In this document: piece by piece, positions 39,106 through 49,302 of the stretch | How the letters are laid out: every line of letters starts with the position of its first letter | Position numbering within the stretch: the stretch's first letter is position 1 | NCBI GenBank assembly: GCA_963748015.1 | Contig: CAVVHE010000005.1 | Coordinates: forward strand, 544,001-608,000 | DNA length: 64,000 nucleotides | Reading direction: 5' to 3' | Source of the DNA: Terriglobia bacterium | GTDB taxonomy: Bacteria > Acidobacteriota > Polarisedimenticolia > Polarisedimenticolales > JAIQFR01 | Notes under the pieces: model-generated | What the model was told of the DNA's origin: nothing | The model's database searches: none | Seen by the model: only the letters and a program-made list of their open reading frames with translations | Made by a program: the position numbers and the translations under genes

Positions 39106-41399
39106 GCGCCGCCCCCCCGGCCGAACAGCCGCTCTCCTCGTGGTGGCGTAACACGGCGGTGCTCGTGATCGTCATCGGCTTCGCGATCCTGAGCGTGATG
39201 ACCTTCAACACCTACCGGCACGCGCCGCCCATTCCGGCGAGGGTCGTGGACGAGTCGGGCTCGGTCCTCTTCACGAGCGACGATATCCTCGGCGGCCAGG
39301 AGGTGTTCCTCAAGTACGGACTCATGGAGCACGGGACGTTGTGGGGCCACGGGGCGTACCTCGGCCCCGACTACGGCACGAACTACCTCCACCGCGATGC
39401 GGAGATCTCGAGGGACACGCTCGCCGCCGACGGGTACGGCAAGAAATTCTCGGCGCTCGCCCCGCCCGAGCAGGAGGCCGTGGCCGGATCGGTGAGGGCG
39501 TCGCTCAAGGCGAACCGGTTCGATCCCGCGAGCTCGACCCTGACGTTCACGAAGGGCGAGGCGGCGTCGTGGCGGATCCAGCAGCGGGAGTGGGCCGAGT
39601 ACTTCTCGAAGAAGGACGCTGCCCCGGGACTCCCGACCCGGTACATCGCGAAGGCGGACGAGATCTCCCGCCTGACCTCGTTCTTCGCGTGGGCCGCCTG
39701 GGCGTCGCGCGCGAACCGGCCGGGGAAGGACTACTCCTACACCAACAACTTCCCGTACGAGCCGTTGGCCGGAAACGGCCCGACCAGCGCCGCCTACCTC
39801 TGGAGCGCGCTGTCCCTCGTCTTCCTCCTGGGCGGGCTCGGCCTGGTCCTTTTCCTGTTCGGGAAATTCGACTTTCTCGGGTGGAGAGGGAGCCCCGGGG
39901 AGCACCGCCCCACCGCGGTGTTCGAGGACCGCGGGCTGACACCGAGCCAGTGGGCGACCGGCCTGTACTTCGCCGTGGCCGCGCTCCTTCTTCTCTTGCA
40001 GGTTCTCACCGGCGGAGCGATGGCGCACTACCGGGTCGAGCCGGGGGCGTTCTACGGGTTCGACATCGCGAAGCTCCTCCCGTACAACCTCGTGAGGACG
40101 TGGCACCTGCAGCTCGGCGTGTTCTGGATCGCCACGGCGTGGGTCGCAGGCGGCCTGTTCCTCGCTCCGCTGGTCGGAGGCGCCGAGCCGAAGGGGCAGC
40201 GGGCCGGCGTACTGGTCCTGCTCGGCGCGCTGGCCGTGGTGGTCTTCGGCTCGCTGTTCGGCGAGTACCTCGGGATCAACGACCGCCTGGGAAACCTGTG
40301 GTTCTGGCTCGGGCACCAGGGATCGGAGTATCTCGACCTCGGCCGGTTCTGGCAGGTCCTCCTGGCCGCCGGGCTCGTGTTTTGGCTTTTCCTGATGTTC
40401 CGGGCGCTGCGGCCCGCGATGCGGGACCCTCGGAAGGGGACGCTGTCCTCGCTGTTCCTTTACGCCGCGGTGGCGATCCCGCTCTTCTACCTCCCGGCCT
40501 TCTTCTTCGGCAAGCACACCAACTTCGCCGTGATCGACAACTGGCGGTTCTGGATCATCCACCTGTGGGTCGAGGGCTTCTTCGAGCTGTTCGCGACGGT
40601 GCTCGTGGCGGTGATGTTCGCCAGCATGGGCCTCGTCACCGCGAAGACCGCCACGCGCGTGGTGTACCTCGACGCGATCCTCTATCTCGGCGCGGGGATC
40701 GTCGGCACGGCGCACCACTGGTACTTCACCGGGCAAACCACCCTGGCGATGGCGCTGGGCGCCTGCTTCTCCGCGATGGAGGTCGTGCCGCTGACGCTCC
40801 TGACGCTCGACGCCTGGGACTTCATCCGGCTCCGCAACGCGGCGGGAGAGGGTGGCGGCGTGCTCGAGCAGGCGCGGCGCCACAAGTGGGCCATCTACTT
40901 CCTCATGGCGGTCGGCGTCTGGAACTTCGTCGGCGCCGGAGTGTTCGGGTTCCTGATCAACCTCCCGATCGTGTCGTACTTCGAAATCGGCACGCTCCTC
41001 ACGCCCAATCACGGTCATGCCGCGATGTTCGGCGTGTTCGGGATGCTCGCCCTGGCGGTGCTGGTCTTCGGGCTGCGCTCGATGCAGAGCGACGAGGCCT
41101 GGTCCGGTACGGAGCGCTACGTTCGGACCGGCTTCTGGGGAGTGAACGTCGGCCTCGCGTTGATGCTGATCCTCAACCTGTTTCCCGCCGGCGTCCTGCA
41201 GCTCCTCGACGTGATCAAGAACGGATACTGGCACGCCCGGCAGGTCGAATTCCTCATGACCGGCCCCTTCCACACCCTCGAGTGGCTGCGCATCGTCGGC
41301 GATCTCACCGTGATCCTGGTGGGCGTCGTGCCGCTCGTCATCGCCGTGCTACGCTCGATCGCGAAGCGGGACCGGACCCCGCGCAGGAGCCACGCATGA
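39102..41399 (+). CDS. norB: Quinol-dependent nitric oxide reductase (qNor)
   Basis: GHGAYLGPDY, YTNNFPY, RTWHLQL, HLWVEGFFE, GTAHHWY, HGHAAMFGVFG. Confidence 0.95.
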   Translation: MSAAPPAEQPLSSWWRNTAVLVIVIGFAILSVMTFNTYRHAPPIPARVVDESGSVLFTSDDILGGQEVFLKYGLMEHGTLWGHGAYLGPDYGTNYLHRDAEISRDTLAADGYGKKFSALAPPEQEAVAGSVRASLKANRFDPASSTLTFTKGEAASWRIQQREWAEYFSKKDAAPGLPTRYIAKADEISRLTSFFAWAAWASRANRPGKDYSYTNNFPYEPLAGNGPTSAAYLWSALSLVFLLGGLGLVLFLFGKFDFLGWRGSPGEHRPTAVFEDRGLTPSQWATGLYFAVAALLLLLQVLTGGAMAHYRVEPGAFYGFDIAKLLPYNLVRTWHLQLGVFWIATAWVAGGLFLAPLVGGAEPKGQRAGVLVLLGALAVVVFGSLFGEYLGINDRLGNLWFWLGHQGSEYLDLGRFWQVLLAAGLVFWLFLMFRALRPAMRDPRKGTLSSLFLYAAVAIPLFYLPAFFFGKHTNFAVIDNWRFWIIHLWVEGFFELFATVLVAVMFASMGLVTAKTATRVVYLDAILYLGAGIVGTAHHWYFTGQTTLAMALGACFSAMEVVPLTLLTLDAWDFIRLRNAAGEGGGVLEQARRHKWAIYFLMAVGVWNFVGAGVFGFLINLPIVSYFEIGTLLTPNHGHAAMFGVFGMLALAVLVFGLRSMQSDEAWSGTERYVRTGFWGVNVGLALMLILNLFPAGVLQLLDVIKNGYWHARQVEFLMTGPFHTLEWLRIVGDLTVILVGVVPLVIAVLRSIAKRDRTPRRSHA

Positions 41400-41743
41400 A
41401 CGCCGAAGCGCCGAAGCCCCTGGCCGCCGATCTCGGCAAGATGATCCAGTTCGCCGATCGCGGGATCGTGAGCAAGACGGTCCACGACTCCCCCGCCCTC
41501 AAGCTGGTCCTCTTCTGCTTCGAGCCGGGGCAGATGCTCAGCGAGCACTCCGCCCCCTTCGAGGCGGTGATCCACGTCCTCGAGGGGAACGCCGAGGTCA
41601 AGCTCGGCGGCGAGGTCCACGACGCCCGGCCCGGCGCGCTCTACGTGATGCCCGCCGGACTGCCGCACGCGATCCGCGCGAAGGAGAGGTTCGTCTTCCT
41701 CCTCACGATGACCCGCGGCCGCCCGAACGTCACCGGCCCCTGA
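41396..41743 (+). CDS. Cupin domain protein
   Basis: GQMLSEHSAP...VLEG...MPAGLPHAI. Confidence 0.88.
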   Translation: MNAEAPKPLAADLGKMIQFADRGIVSKTVHDSPALKLVLFCFEPGQMLSEHSAPFEAVIHVLEGNAEVKLGGEVHDARPGALYVMPAGLPHAIRAKERFVFLLTMTRGRPNVTGP

Positions 41744-41772
41744 CTTCTTCCCGACGCTCCTGCCGCGCGACG

Positions 41773-41940
41773 CCGGCGGGAGCACGGCTCCGGACCCTCT
41801 CCGCGGCGGCACGCTTCGGCGTTGCGCGGCGAACGTCGCCGCGCCGCCTCGCTCCGCTCTTCGCTCGGCCGTCCGAGGAAGAGACGGCCTCGCGAAGAGA
41901 GGGCCGCCGCGGAGAGGGTCCGGAGCCGTGCTCCCGCCGG
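41773..41940 (+). repeat. Structured intergenic repeat element, copy 2
   Basis: Perfect 38 bp terminal IR around the same core as 10979-11153. Confidence 0.85.
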
Positions 41941-42167
41941 AGGTTGGCCCAGCGGTCACCCGCGCACGAAGGCCAATTCCCCTGATCCTGCACGGCCGAT
42001 GGGCGGGCGAGGCACGGGGCCGGATGTGCCCGTAGCGGCCCTTTTCCGGGCCGCCGAGGACACATCCGGCCCCGTGCCTCGTCCGCCCGGTGACCGGTCG
42101 TCGCGGGTCGGGGCTCGTGCGTATCATGAGCGCACCGCCCTAGGGGCGGCGGCGGGAGGATCCGGCC

Positions 42168-45100
42168 ATGCAGAATCGCAGAAGCCTCGTGGCGTGTCTG
42201 GCTTTGCTCGCGGCGATCTCGGTGGCGGCCGCCGCGGAGATCCCGGTCACGGGCCGCGTGCTCGGCCCCTCGGGGAGCCCGCTTCCCGACGCGCAGGTGC
42301 TCCTGCTGCCGGTCCTGGATCCGGTCGCCGCGGCGAAGCTCGACCGCGAGGGGCGGCCGCAGGAGCCGGCGGCGAAGGCGGTGACCACCACCCAGGGGGA
42401 GTTCCGTCTCGAGGCCCCCCGGGCGGGCGTGTACCGCGTGCGCGTCGAGTCTCCCGGCTTCACGCCGCGCCAGAGATTGCTCGTGCCGCTGCTCGAGGCG
42501 GTGGACCTGCCCGAGGTCAAGCTGCTGCGCGACGCAGGGCTCACGCTTCGGGTGACGGATCGCGCGGGAGCGCCGGTCGAGGGCGCGGCGGCGCATGCCG
42601 CCGAGTCCGCTCCCCGGGGTCCCGCGGAGGAGCGCTGGGGCTTCCCGCCGGCGACCGTCTACACCGGAAAGGACGGGACGGCGCGGCTGCCCCAACCGGA
42701 CGCGGAGCGGGTGGTCCTGACCGTGTCGGCTCCCGGCTACCTCCTCGTCGAGCGGCGCGGCGGGCGCGGCGACTCCCTCACCGTCAAGCTCGAGAAGGGG
42801 CTGCAGGTCGCGGTAGACCTGCGCGCGGCGGACGGCACCCCCGCGGCGGGCGTCCTCGCCACGACGGGAGAGACGGTCCACCCCCTCGACGCGACCGACG
42901 CCAAGGGACGCGTCGTGCTCGCCCTTCCATCCCGCGGCGATCTCGCGGTGACCTTCTTCGCCGCGGACGGCCGCCGCCTCGAGGAGCGGCTCTCCCCGCC
43001 GCCGAAGGACCGCCCGGCCCCGATCCGTCTCGTTCTCCCGGACCGTCTCGCCGTGTCCGGACGCGTGATCGATCTCGAAACACGGCGCCCGGTCGCGGAG
43101 GCTCTCGTCTGGAGCTCCAACCGTCCGTGGGAGGCCTCGGTCACCGGCGACGCCGGCGGCTACTCCCTGGGCGTCCTCCCCGGGGAGGGAGGCGTTCTCT
43201 CCGGCGGCGCGCAGGGATACCTCCAGAGCGAGCCCCGACCGCTGACCGTGCCAACGAGCGGCCGTCCCGGGCCGACGCTGGCGCTCGAGCCCGCCGCCGC
43301 GGTCGAAGGCGTGGTCGTGGACGGCGACGGCCAGCCGGTCGCGGGGGCGGGCGTCGACCTCGCTCGGCGCATGGAAGGCGGGATGTACCAGATCTTCATC
43401 GGCGGACGCTCGACGGCCCCGCACGCCGTGACCTCGAGCCGCGGCCGGTTCCGGCTGAGCCCCGTGGACGCGACACCGCGCTACGACCTCAAGGTCAACG
43501 CGAAGGGCTTCGCCACCACGACGCGCGAGCTCGCTCCACTCGAGCGGCGGCGCACGCTGGGCGATCTGAGAGTCGAGCTGCAGCGCGGTCGCAAGGCGAC
43601 GGGCCGCGCCGTGGACGGAGACGGCCGTCCGGTCGAGGGCGCGACCGCCGCCCTCCGCGCGTCGCAGCGCGGGCGCTCGGCGGAGATCGTCCTGAACCGG
43701 GCGACGGGCGGCCCCGCTGCCGAGGAGCGGTCCGCCGTCAGCGACGAGGGCGGGCGCTTCGAGATCGCCGCTCTCGCCTCCGGCACCTACGATCTCGAGA
43801 TCCGCCGCAAGGGGTTCGCGCGGAAGACGGTCGAAGGCGTCGAGATCGCCGAAGCCGCGGAGCCGACGGACCTCGGCGACGTCGTCCTCTCCCCCGGCGA
43901 GCGGGTCCAGGGACGGACCGCGGATCCCGCCGGCAAGCCCATCGGCGGGGTCGAGGTCGCGATCGTCAAGGACCAGAGCGGGCCGGTGGGTTTCGGCCGC
44001 GGAGTTCCGTCCCGGCCCGAGACGGTCTCGGCACCGGACGGCTGGTTCTCGATCGAGGATCTGCCGCGCGGCGAGCCCCTCAACCTCGCGTTCAGCCGGA
44101 CCGGCTTCCTGGGGAAGCGCGAGACCGGCGTCGAGGTTCCCGGCCGGGATCCGCTCGAGATCGTGCTCCACCCGTCCTCGAAGGTCTCCGGCACCGTCGT
44201 CGGGCCGGACGGGAAGCCGATCCCGCTCGCGCAGGTGACGCTCACCGCAGCAGCGAGGAGGCGGCGTGGGAGGCCAGCGGATCCTGATGGTCATGCGGCG
44301 CCCCGGGACCGCCGACTCCGCGGGGAGGTTCCTGTTCGAGGACGTCGAGCCCGGCAAGATCTCGCTCGGCGCGAGCGCTACAGGCTGGCAGGAGGCCAAG
44401 CTCGACGATCTCGAGGTCGTCGAGGGAGCGGACCTCACGGGGGTCGAGCTCCCGCTGAAACAGGGGGCCGTCGTGGAGGGACGGGTCGTCGCGCCGGACG
44501 GCCGGCCCGCTGTCGGAGCGGAGGTGTCGAAGGTCCAGGAGCAGTCGCAGATGGTCCGGTTCCGTGGGACGGGAACCGACGGCGACGGCTACTACCGGAT
44601 CGAGGGGCTGGCCCCGGGGAAGGTCTCCATCGAGGCGACCCACGAGAATTGGGCGCGCGTCGTGAAGGACCTCGAAGCGAAGCCCGGGGTGAACACGGTC
44701 GACCTCCAGTTCCAGGGAGGGCAGGACGTGTCGGGACGCGTCATGGACGCGGCCGGCGCTCCGGTCGCCGGGGCGTCGGTGCAGCTCGCCACGCCGGGCC
44801 GGTACTTCGGCGGCTCCGACGCGGCCACCGGCGCAGACGGGGGGTTCCGTTTCGAGGGGGTCGGGGACGGCGACTACGAGGTCCTCGCGGCGAAGCGAGG
44901 CTATGCCGCTCCCGACGACCGAACGAAGGTCCACGTCGCCGGCGCGCCGGTCACCGGCCTAGCCGTGAAGCTCGATTTGGGCGTGGTGGTGACCGGTACC
45001 GTCTCGGGGCTCGACCCCGAGAAGCTCTCGAAGGTCGAGGTCCGGGCGGAGAAGGCGAGCGGCGGCTGGCCGCAATCTTCCTCCGCCGTGGACCGGCAGG

Positions 45101-46284
45101 GGCGCTACCGCCTCGAGGACCTCGCGCCGGGCGAGTGGCGCCTGGTCGCTTACCACGTTCCAAGCGGCCAGCAGGCGCGTGGCGACCTGACGATCGCGCC
45201 CGGAGCCACCGAGGCGACGCTCGATCTTCGCTTCGGGGGCGGCATCACGCTCACCGGCCGCGCGGTCCAGGGGGACACGCCGGTTCGCGGCGCCGATCTC
45301 GCGCTCGTGGGAACCGACATCGAATCCTCGGGGCGCGGCCGCACCGACTCCGACGGCCGCTTCTCGGTCGGCGGTCTCGACCCCGGCTCCTACCAGCTCG
45401 AGCTGAACCAGTGGGAGACCGGCCTGTTCCACGAGGAGAAGCTCGATGTCCGCGGCCCTCGCGACGTGCTCGTGCGCGTGCCCACCGCGCGCATCTCCGG
45501 ACGCGTCGTGGACGCCGCGGACCGGCGGCCGGTGTCCGGCGTGCGTGTCACCGTCTCCTCGCAGGATCCCGACGCTGCGCGCAACGCGGCTTTCCGCCTC
45601 GACCGGTCGTCGTCCACCGACCTCGAAGGACGCTTCTCGATCGCGAACGTCGCGGACGGAACGTGGCGTGTCTCGGCAACCGCGGAGAGTTACGCCGCGA
45701 AGACCACCGACGTGACCGTGAGGAGCGGCCGCGACGTGGACAACGTGAGCCTCGCGCTCGACGCGACGGAAGGGCTGACGCTGATGGTGACTCTGGCGTC
45801 GGGTCAGCCGCCGGCCGAGGCGTTCGTCGCGGTGCTGGACGCCGGGGGACGGTCGGTCCTCGGCGGAGGATACGCGACCGGCGAGAACGGCCGCCTGCGC
45901 CTCTCGACGGTGCCCCCGGGCTCGTGGGATCTCCTCGTCGGCGCGGGCGGGAGCGCGACCCTGTCCATGCGGGCGTCGGCTCCCGGCGGGCCCATCCCGG
46001 TACAGCTCTCGCCGGCGTGCGTGCTCGACGTGCGGGTACCCGCGCTCGAGGGGTCTTCCGCGGTCGCGACCGCGACGGTCACGGGGGCCGACGGCCGCCC
46101 CTTCCGGACGCTCAGCCGGTACAGCGAACCGCGGACCCAGCTGCGGCTCGACGCGGGGCGCCTGCGCGTCGACGACCTACCGCCGGGGAGCTGGGCCGTC
46201 TCCGTGTCGGCGTCGGATGGCAAGACCTGGGGCGGCACCGCGCAGACGGCGCCGGGCGCTCCGGCCACGCTGACGCTGGAGTGA
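42168..46284 (+). CDS. Large exported protein with many carboxypeptidase-regulatory-like (beta-sandwich) repeats; frameshift near 44250-44275
   Basis: Signal peptide; repeated GRVVD.DG.PV.GA.V / D..GRF / L.PG.Y; ORF 42168 loses the pattern near 44250, where ORF 44266-46284 resumes it. Confidence 0.8.
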
Positions 46285-46299
46285 GGGGCCGTCTCGTCG

Positions 46300-46671
46300 T
46301 CAGGCCGTGCGGACCTCGATGCGGGGGGGCGCCTCGAGGTGCTTCTTCACGGCGCAGAGCTGCGCCGAGCGGACGATCGCGTCCCGGTACTGCTCGGGGA
46401 AGCCGGGGGGAAGCTCGATCGAGAGGTCGATGCGATCGATCAGGTGGGTCGCCGGATCCACCGTCGCGCGCTGCGTGATCTTCATCCCCTCGATCGGTAT
46501 CCCGCGCTGGCGGCAGAAGCGGGAAGCATAGAAGCCGGCGCAGGTCCCTATGGATGCGAGGAAGAGCTCGAAGGGGGCGGGGGCGGAGCCGTCCTGGTTC
46601 GTGACGACCGTCAGCCCGTCGTAGCGCGCGTCCACCCGATCTCCCCCCGGAAACTCGATCGTCATCTCCAT
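46300..46671 (-). CDS. OsmC family protein
   Basis: PFELFLASIGTCAG...LCAVKKHL two-Cys pattern. Confidence 0.85.
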   Translation of the reverse strand: MEMTIEFPGGDRVDARYDGLTVVTNQDGSAPAPFELFLASIGTCAGFYASRFCRQRGIPIEGMKITQRATVDPATHLIDRIDLSIELPPGFPEQYRDAIVRSAQLCAVKKHLEAPPRIEVRTA

Positions 46672-46794
46672 GGTCGCTCCTCCGCCGCTCGCGCGGTCAG
46701 CTTACGAGATGCGGCGATCGGCGGAAACGTCACAACAGTCCGGCGAGACCGCGGAAGATCGCGCCCGAGGAGGATGGCCAGGCCGCGTCACCGT

Positions 46795-47039
46795 CGCGTC
46801 GAAAGCTCGCGCTCGACCACGGCCCGAAGCGGCCCTGTTTTCGAGCGGCCGTTTCTTCCTTGAACGGCCGCGCGAAAACCGGAACCGAGGCTGTCAATCG
46901 GCGCTTCCATTCCTTGCAGCCGAGGTCGCCAGTCCTTGGCCCGCGGCCAAGGGCTGGCAACCAGGCGGCGCGGCGACTTTCGCCGCGCAACGCCGCAGCG
47001 TGCCGCGCGGGCCGTGGTCGAGCGCGAGCTTTCGACGCG
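46795..47039 (-). repeat. Structured intergenic repeat element, copy 3 (inverted, with an insert of about 70 nt)
   Basis: Perfect 32 bp terminal IR; the reverse complement carries the same core. Confidence 0.85.
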
Positions 47040-47059
47040 TGCCGATGCCACCACCCGGG

Positions 47060-47560
47060 TCAAAGCAAGCCGCGCTCGTGGCGCAACAGCCACTCCTTGC
47101 GAGCGAGCCCGCCGCCGTAGCCGGTGAGGGAGCCGTCGGCGCCGATCACGCGGTGGCACGGGATCACGAGGGGGATCGGGTTGCGCGCGTTGGCGAGTCC
47201 CACCGCCCGGACGGCGGCGGGATGGCCGGAAAGCGCCGCGAGCTCGGAGTAGGAGGCGGTCCTGCCGGCCGGGACGCGCCGCAGCGCCGCCCAGACGTCC
47301 CGCTGGAAAGGCGTTCCGCCGGGATCGGCGGGTACGCCGTCGAGGGCGCCGAGGTCGCCGGCGAAGTACGCGGCGAGTCGCGACACCGCCCCCGCCGGGT
47401 CCGCGTCTTCCTCGACCGGCTGCCCCCCGAACCGGCGGTTGAGGTCTTTCTTGAGCCCTTCGTACCGGTCCGCGAACGCCAGGCCGCACAGCGATCCGTT
47501 CGCCGCGTAGATCAGGAGCGCGCCGATGGGCGACTCCATTCTCGCGAAGCAGACCGTCAT
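47060..47560 (-). CDS. ogt: Methylated-DNA-protein cysteine S-methyltransferase
   Basis: GTPFQRDVW, RAVGLANARNP, IPCHRVIG, GYGGGLARK. Confidence 0.93.
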   Translation of the reverse strand: MTVCFARMESPIGALLIYAANGSLCGLAFADRYEGLKKDLNRRFGGQPVEEDADPAGAVSRLAAYFAGDLGALDGVPADPGGTPFQRDVWAALRRVPAGRTASYSELAALSGHPAAVRAVGLANARNPIPLVIPCHRVIGADGSLTGYGGGLARKEWLLRHERGLL

Positions 47561-47585
47561 GCCGCGCGTCACCCCCGGGAAGCGG

Positions 47586-48542
47586 CTACTTCAGCGCCTT
47601 GAGCTCGACCGAGCCCGCGGAGGTACGGATCCGGAGCGCCTCGCCGCCCTTTCCGATGGTTCCGCGGACACTCGAGCTGCCGATCGTACCGATCACCTGG
47701 AGCGGGAAATCGGTCGAGATGCGGCCGGCCGAAGTGGACGCCTCCACGGCGAGGTTCACCGACGGGTCGAGCGTCACCGTGACCGAGCCCGCCGACGTCT
47801 CGAGATCGCCCCCCTTCGAGTTCCCGCGAGCGAAGGACGCCTCGATGGAGCCGCCCGACGTCTTGGCCATCACGCGCCCTCCCGCATTCACGGCCCGGAC
47901 CGAGCCGCCGGAGGTGCGGAGCACGGCGTCGCCCGTGACGTCCGCGACCTCGACGTGCCCCCCGCTCGTGTGCGCCTCCAGCGGACCGGCGATCGAGGAG
48001 GCTTCGATGCTGCCCCCGGAAGTCTCGACGCTCACGTTTCCCTTGATGTCCCGGAGCCGGATGCTACCGCCCGAGGTGTGGGCCTTCAGGTTGCCCGCCA
48101 GGAAGCCCACCGAGATCGAGCCTCCGGACGTGCGCACGTCCGCCATCCCCTCGAGCCCCGAGGCCTCGATGGACCCGCCCGCCGTGTGGAAGGACACGCT
48201 CGTGGCCTTCGGCGCGCGGATCTCGAAGTGGATCGGGATGCCGCGATGCCAGCTGGAGTCGATCTTCTTCCCGCTGATGCGGACCTCTCCCGGCCCCGCC
48301 TGGAACTCGAACTTGTATCGCTGCTCCATCTCGTCCGACGTCGAGGTGACCACGACGCGGACGCCGGGCTCGGAGCTTCCCGTGATCGTGATGCTGCCGG
48401 CGTCGGTGTCCACCGCCAGTTTCCCGCCCGGGGCGAGATCGAGGGTCTTCTCGATCTTGCTTCCCGCCGCCGCGGGAAGGGCGAGCGCCAGTACCAGAAC
48501 CGACAGTCCGAGCAGCCGCATCGCCTGGCGATGTTGCGCCAT
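47586..48542 (-). CDS. Exported DUF4097-type beta-strand repeat protein
   Basis: Signal peptide; repeated TSGGSI motifs. Confidence 0.85.
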   Translation of the reverse strand: MAQHRQAMRLLGLSVLVLALALPAAAGSKIEKTLDLAPGGKLAVDTDAGSITITGSSEPGVRVVVTSTSDEMEQRYKFEFQAGPGEVRISGKKIDSSWHRGIPIHFEIRAPKATSVSFHTAGGSIEASGLEGMADVRTSGGSISVGFLAGNLKAHTSGGSIRLRDIKGNVSVETSGGSIEASSIAGPLEAHTSGGHVEVADVTGDAVLRTSGGSVRAVNAGGRVMAKTSGGSIEASFARGNSKGGDLETSAGSVTVTLDPSVNLAVEASTSAGRISTDFPLQVIGTIGSSSVRGTIGKGGEALRIRTSAGSVELKALK

Positions 48543-48556
48543 GATCTCCTCCCTTT

Positions 48557-48716
48557 AGTGTCCAGTCTGGAGTACGTTGCATGACTCGCCGAGCTATGGG
48601 CGGTCCTGGCGAGAAGGGCCGACGAAGGCATACCCAGCGTATTCCGAGGAGGCCCGACGAAGCCAGGGCCGGCCAGAGCCGGCGAGATATGCGACGTACT
48701 CCAGACTCGGGACACT
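48557..48716. repeat. Intergenic long inverted-repeat (REP-like) element
   Basis: AGTGTCC-AGTCTGGAGTACGT...ACGTACTCCAGACT-CG-GGACACT with a nested bulged hairpin. Confidence 0.7.
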
Positions 48717-48785
48717 TGATTACCGAAGGATTGTACGCGCGGGACCCCCCGACGGTTCCCTCGGGTCGCGAGGACGGGCGAGGAC

Positions 48786-49229
48786 TCAGCGGGGAGTCTG
48801 CTCGACGAGGCTCCAGCTCTCGACGCTGACGATCCCGCCGCGGGATCCTCCGGTGTAGCGGACATGGAGGGTACGGCCTTTCTCCACGCCGGCGCGGTTG
48901 TCGGCGCGGAGCGGGATGCGGACCGAGTCCCCGTCGATGGAGATCACCGCGGCGCCGACGGCCCGCTCTTCCGGCCGGAACCCCGCCGTCGAGGCGTTCA
49001 CGTCGAGCACTTGGAACTCGCCCTCCTTGGTGGCGAGGGCGAGGTCGGGCCGGAACATCATCACGAGGAGCCCGGCCACCATGACGACGAGGGCCGCGAT
49101 GAGGAGCGCCCCCCCGACCCACCTCCCGGCCTTGCGCCAGAGACTGTCCTTCCCGTGACGCGCATCCTTCGGATACTTGACCAGCGAGGTCAGCATCCCC
49201 CGTTTCCTGCGGTGCTTCGATTGCTTCAT
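48786..49229 (-). CDS. Hypothetical single-pass membrane protein
   Basis: Basic N-terminus, one long hydrophobic helix, small beta-rich domain. Confidence 0.65.
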   Translation of the reverse strand: MKQSKHRRKRGMLTSLVKYPKDARHGKDSLWRKAGRWVGGALLIAALVVMVAGLLVMMFRPDLALATKEGEFQVLDVNASTAGFRPEERAVGAAVISIDGDSVRIPLRADNRAGVEKGRTLHVRYTGGSRGGIVSVESWSLVEQTPR

Positions 49230-49302
49230 CGATGCGCTCCGGCGGGCCGGGCGTCTCCCGCCCGGCCCGCCGGGGAATATAGCCCCAAACCCGCGTCGCG
49301 GA

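Noticed and set aside
39102..41399. Nitric oxide dismutase (Nod) instead of qNor
   Set aside because: The canonical qNor motifs HLWVEGFFE and HHWY are intact
44240..44280. Programmed frameshift in the carboxypeptidase-repeat gene
   Set aside because: No slippery run is present, and it belongs to a region with many probable sequencing indels
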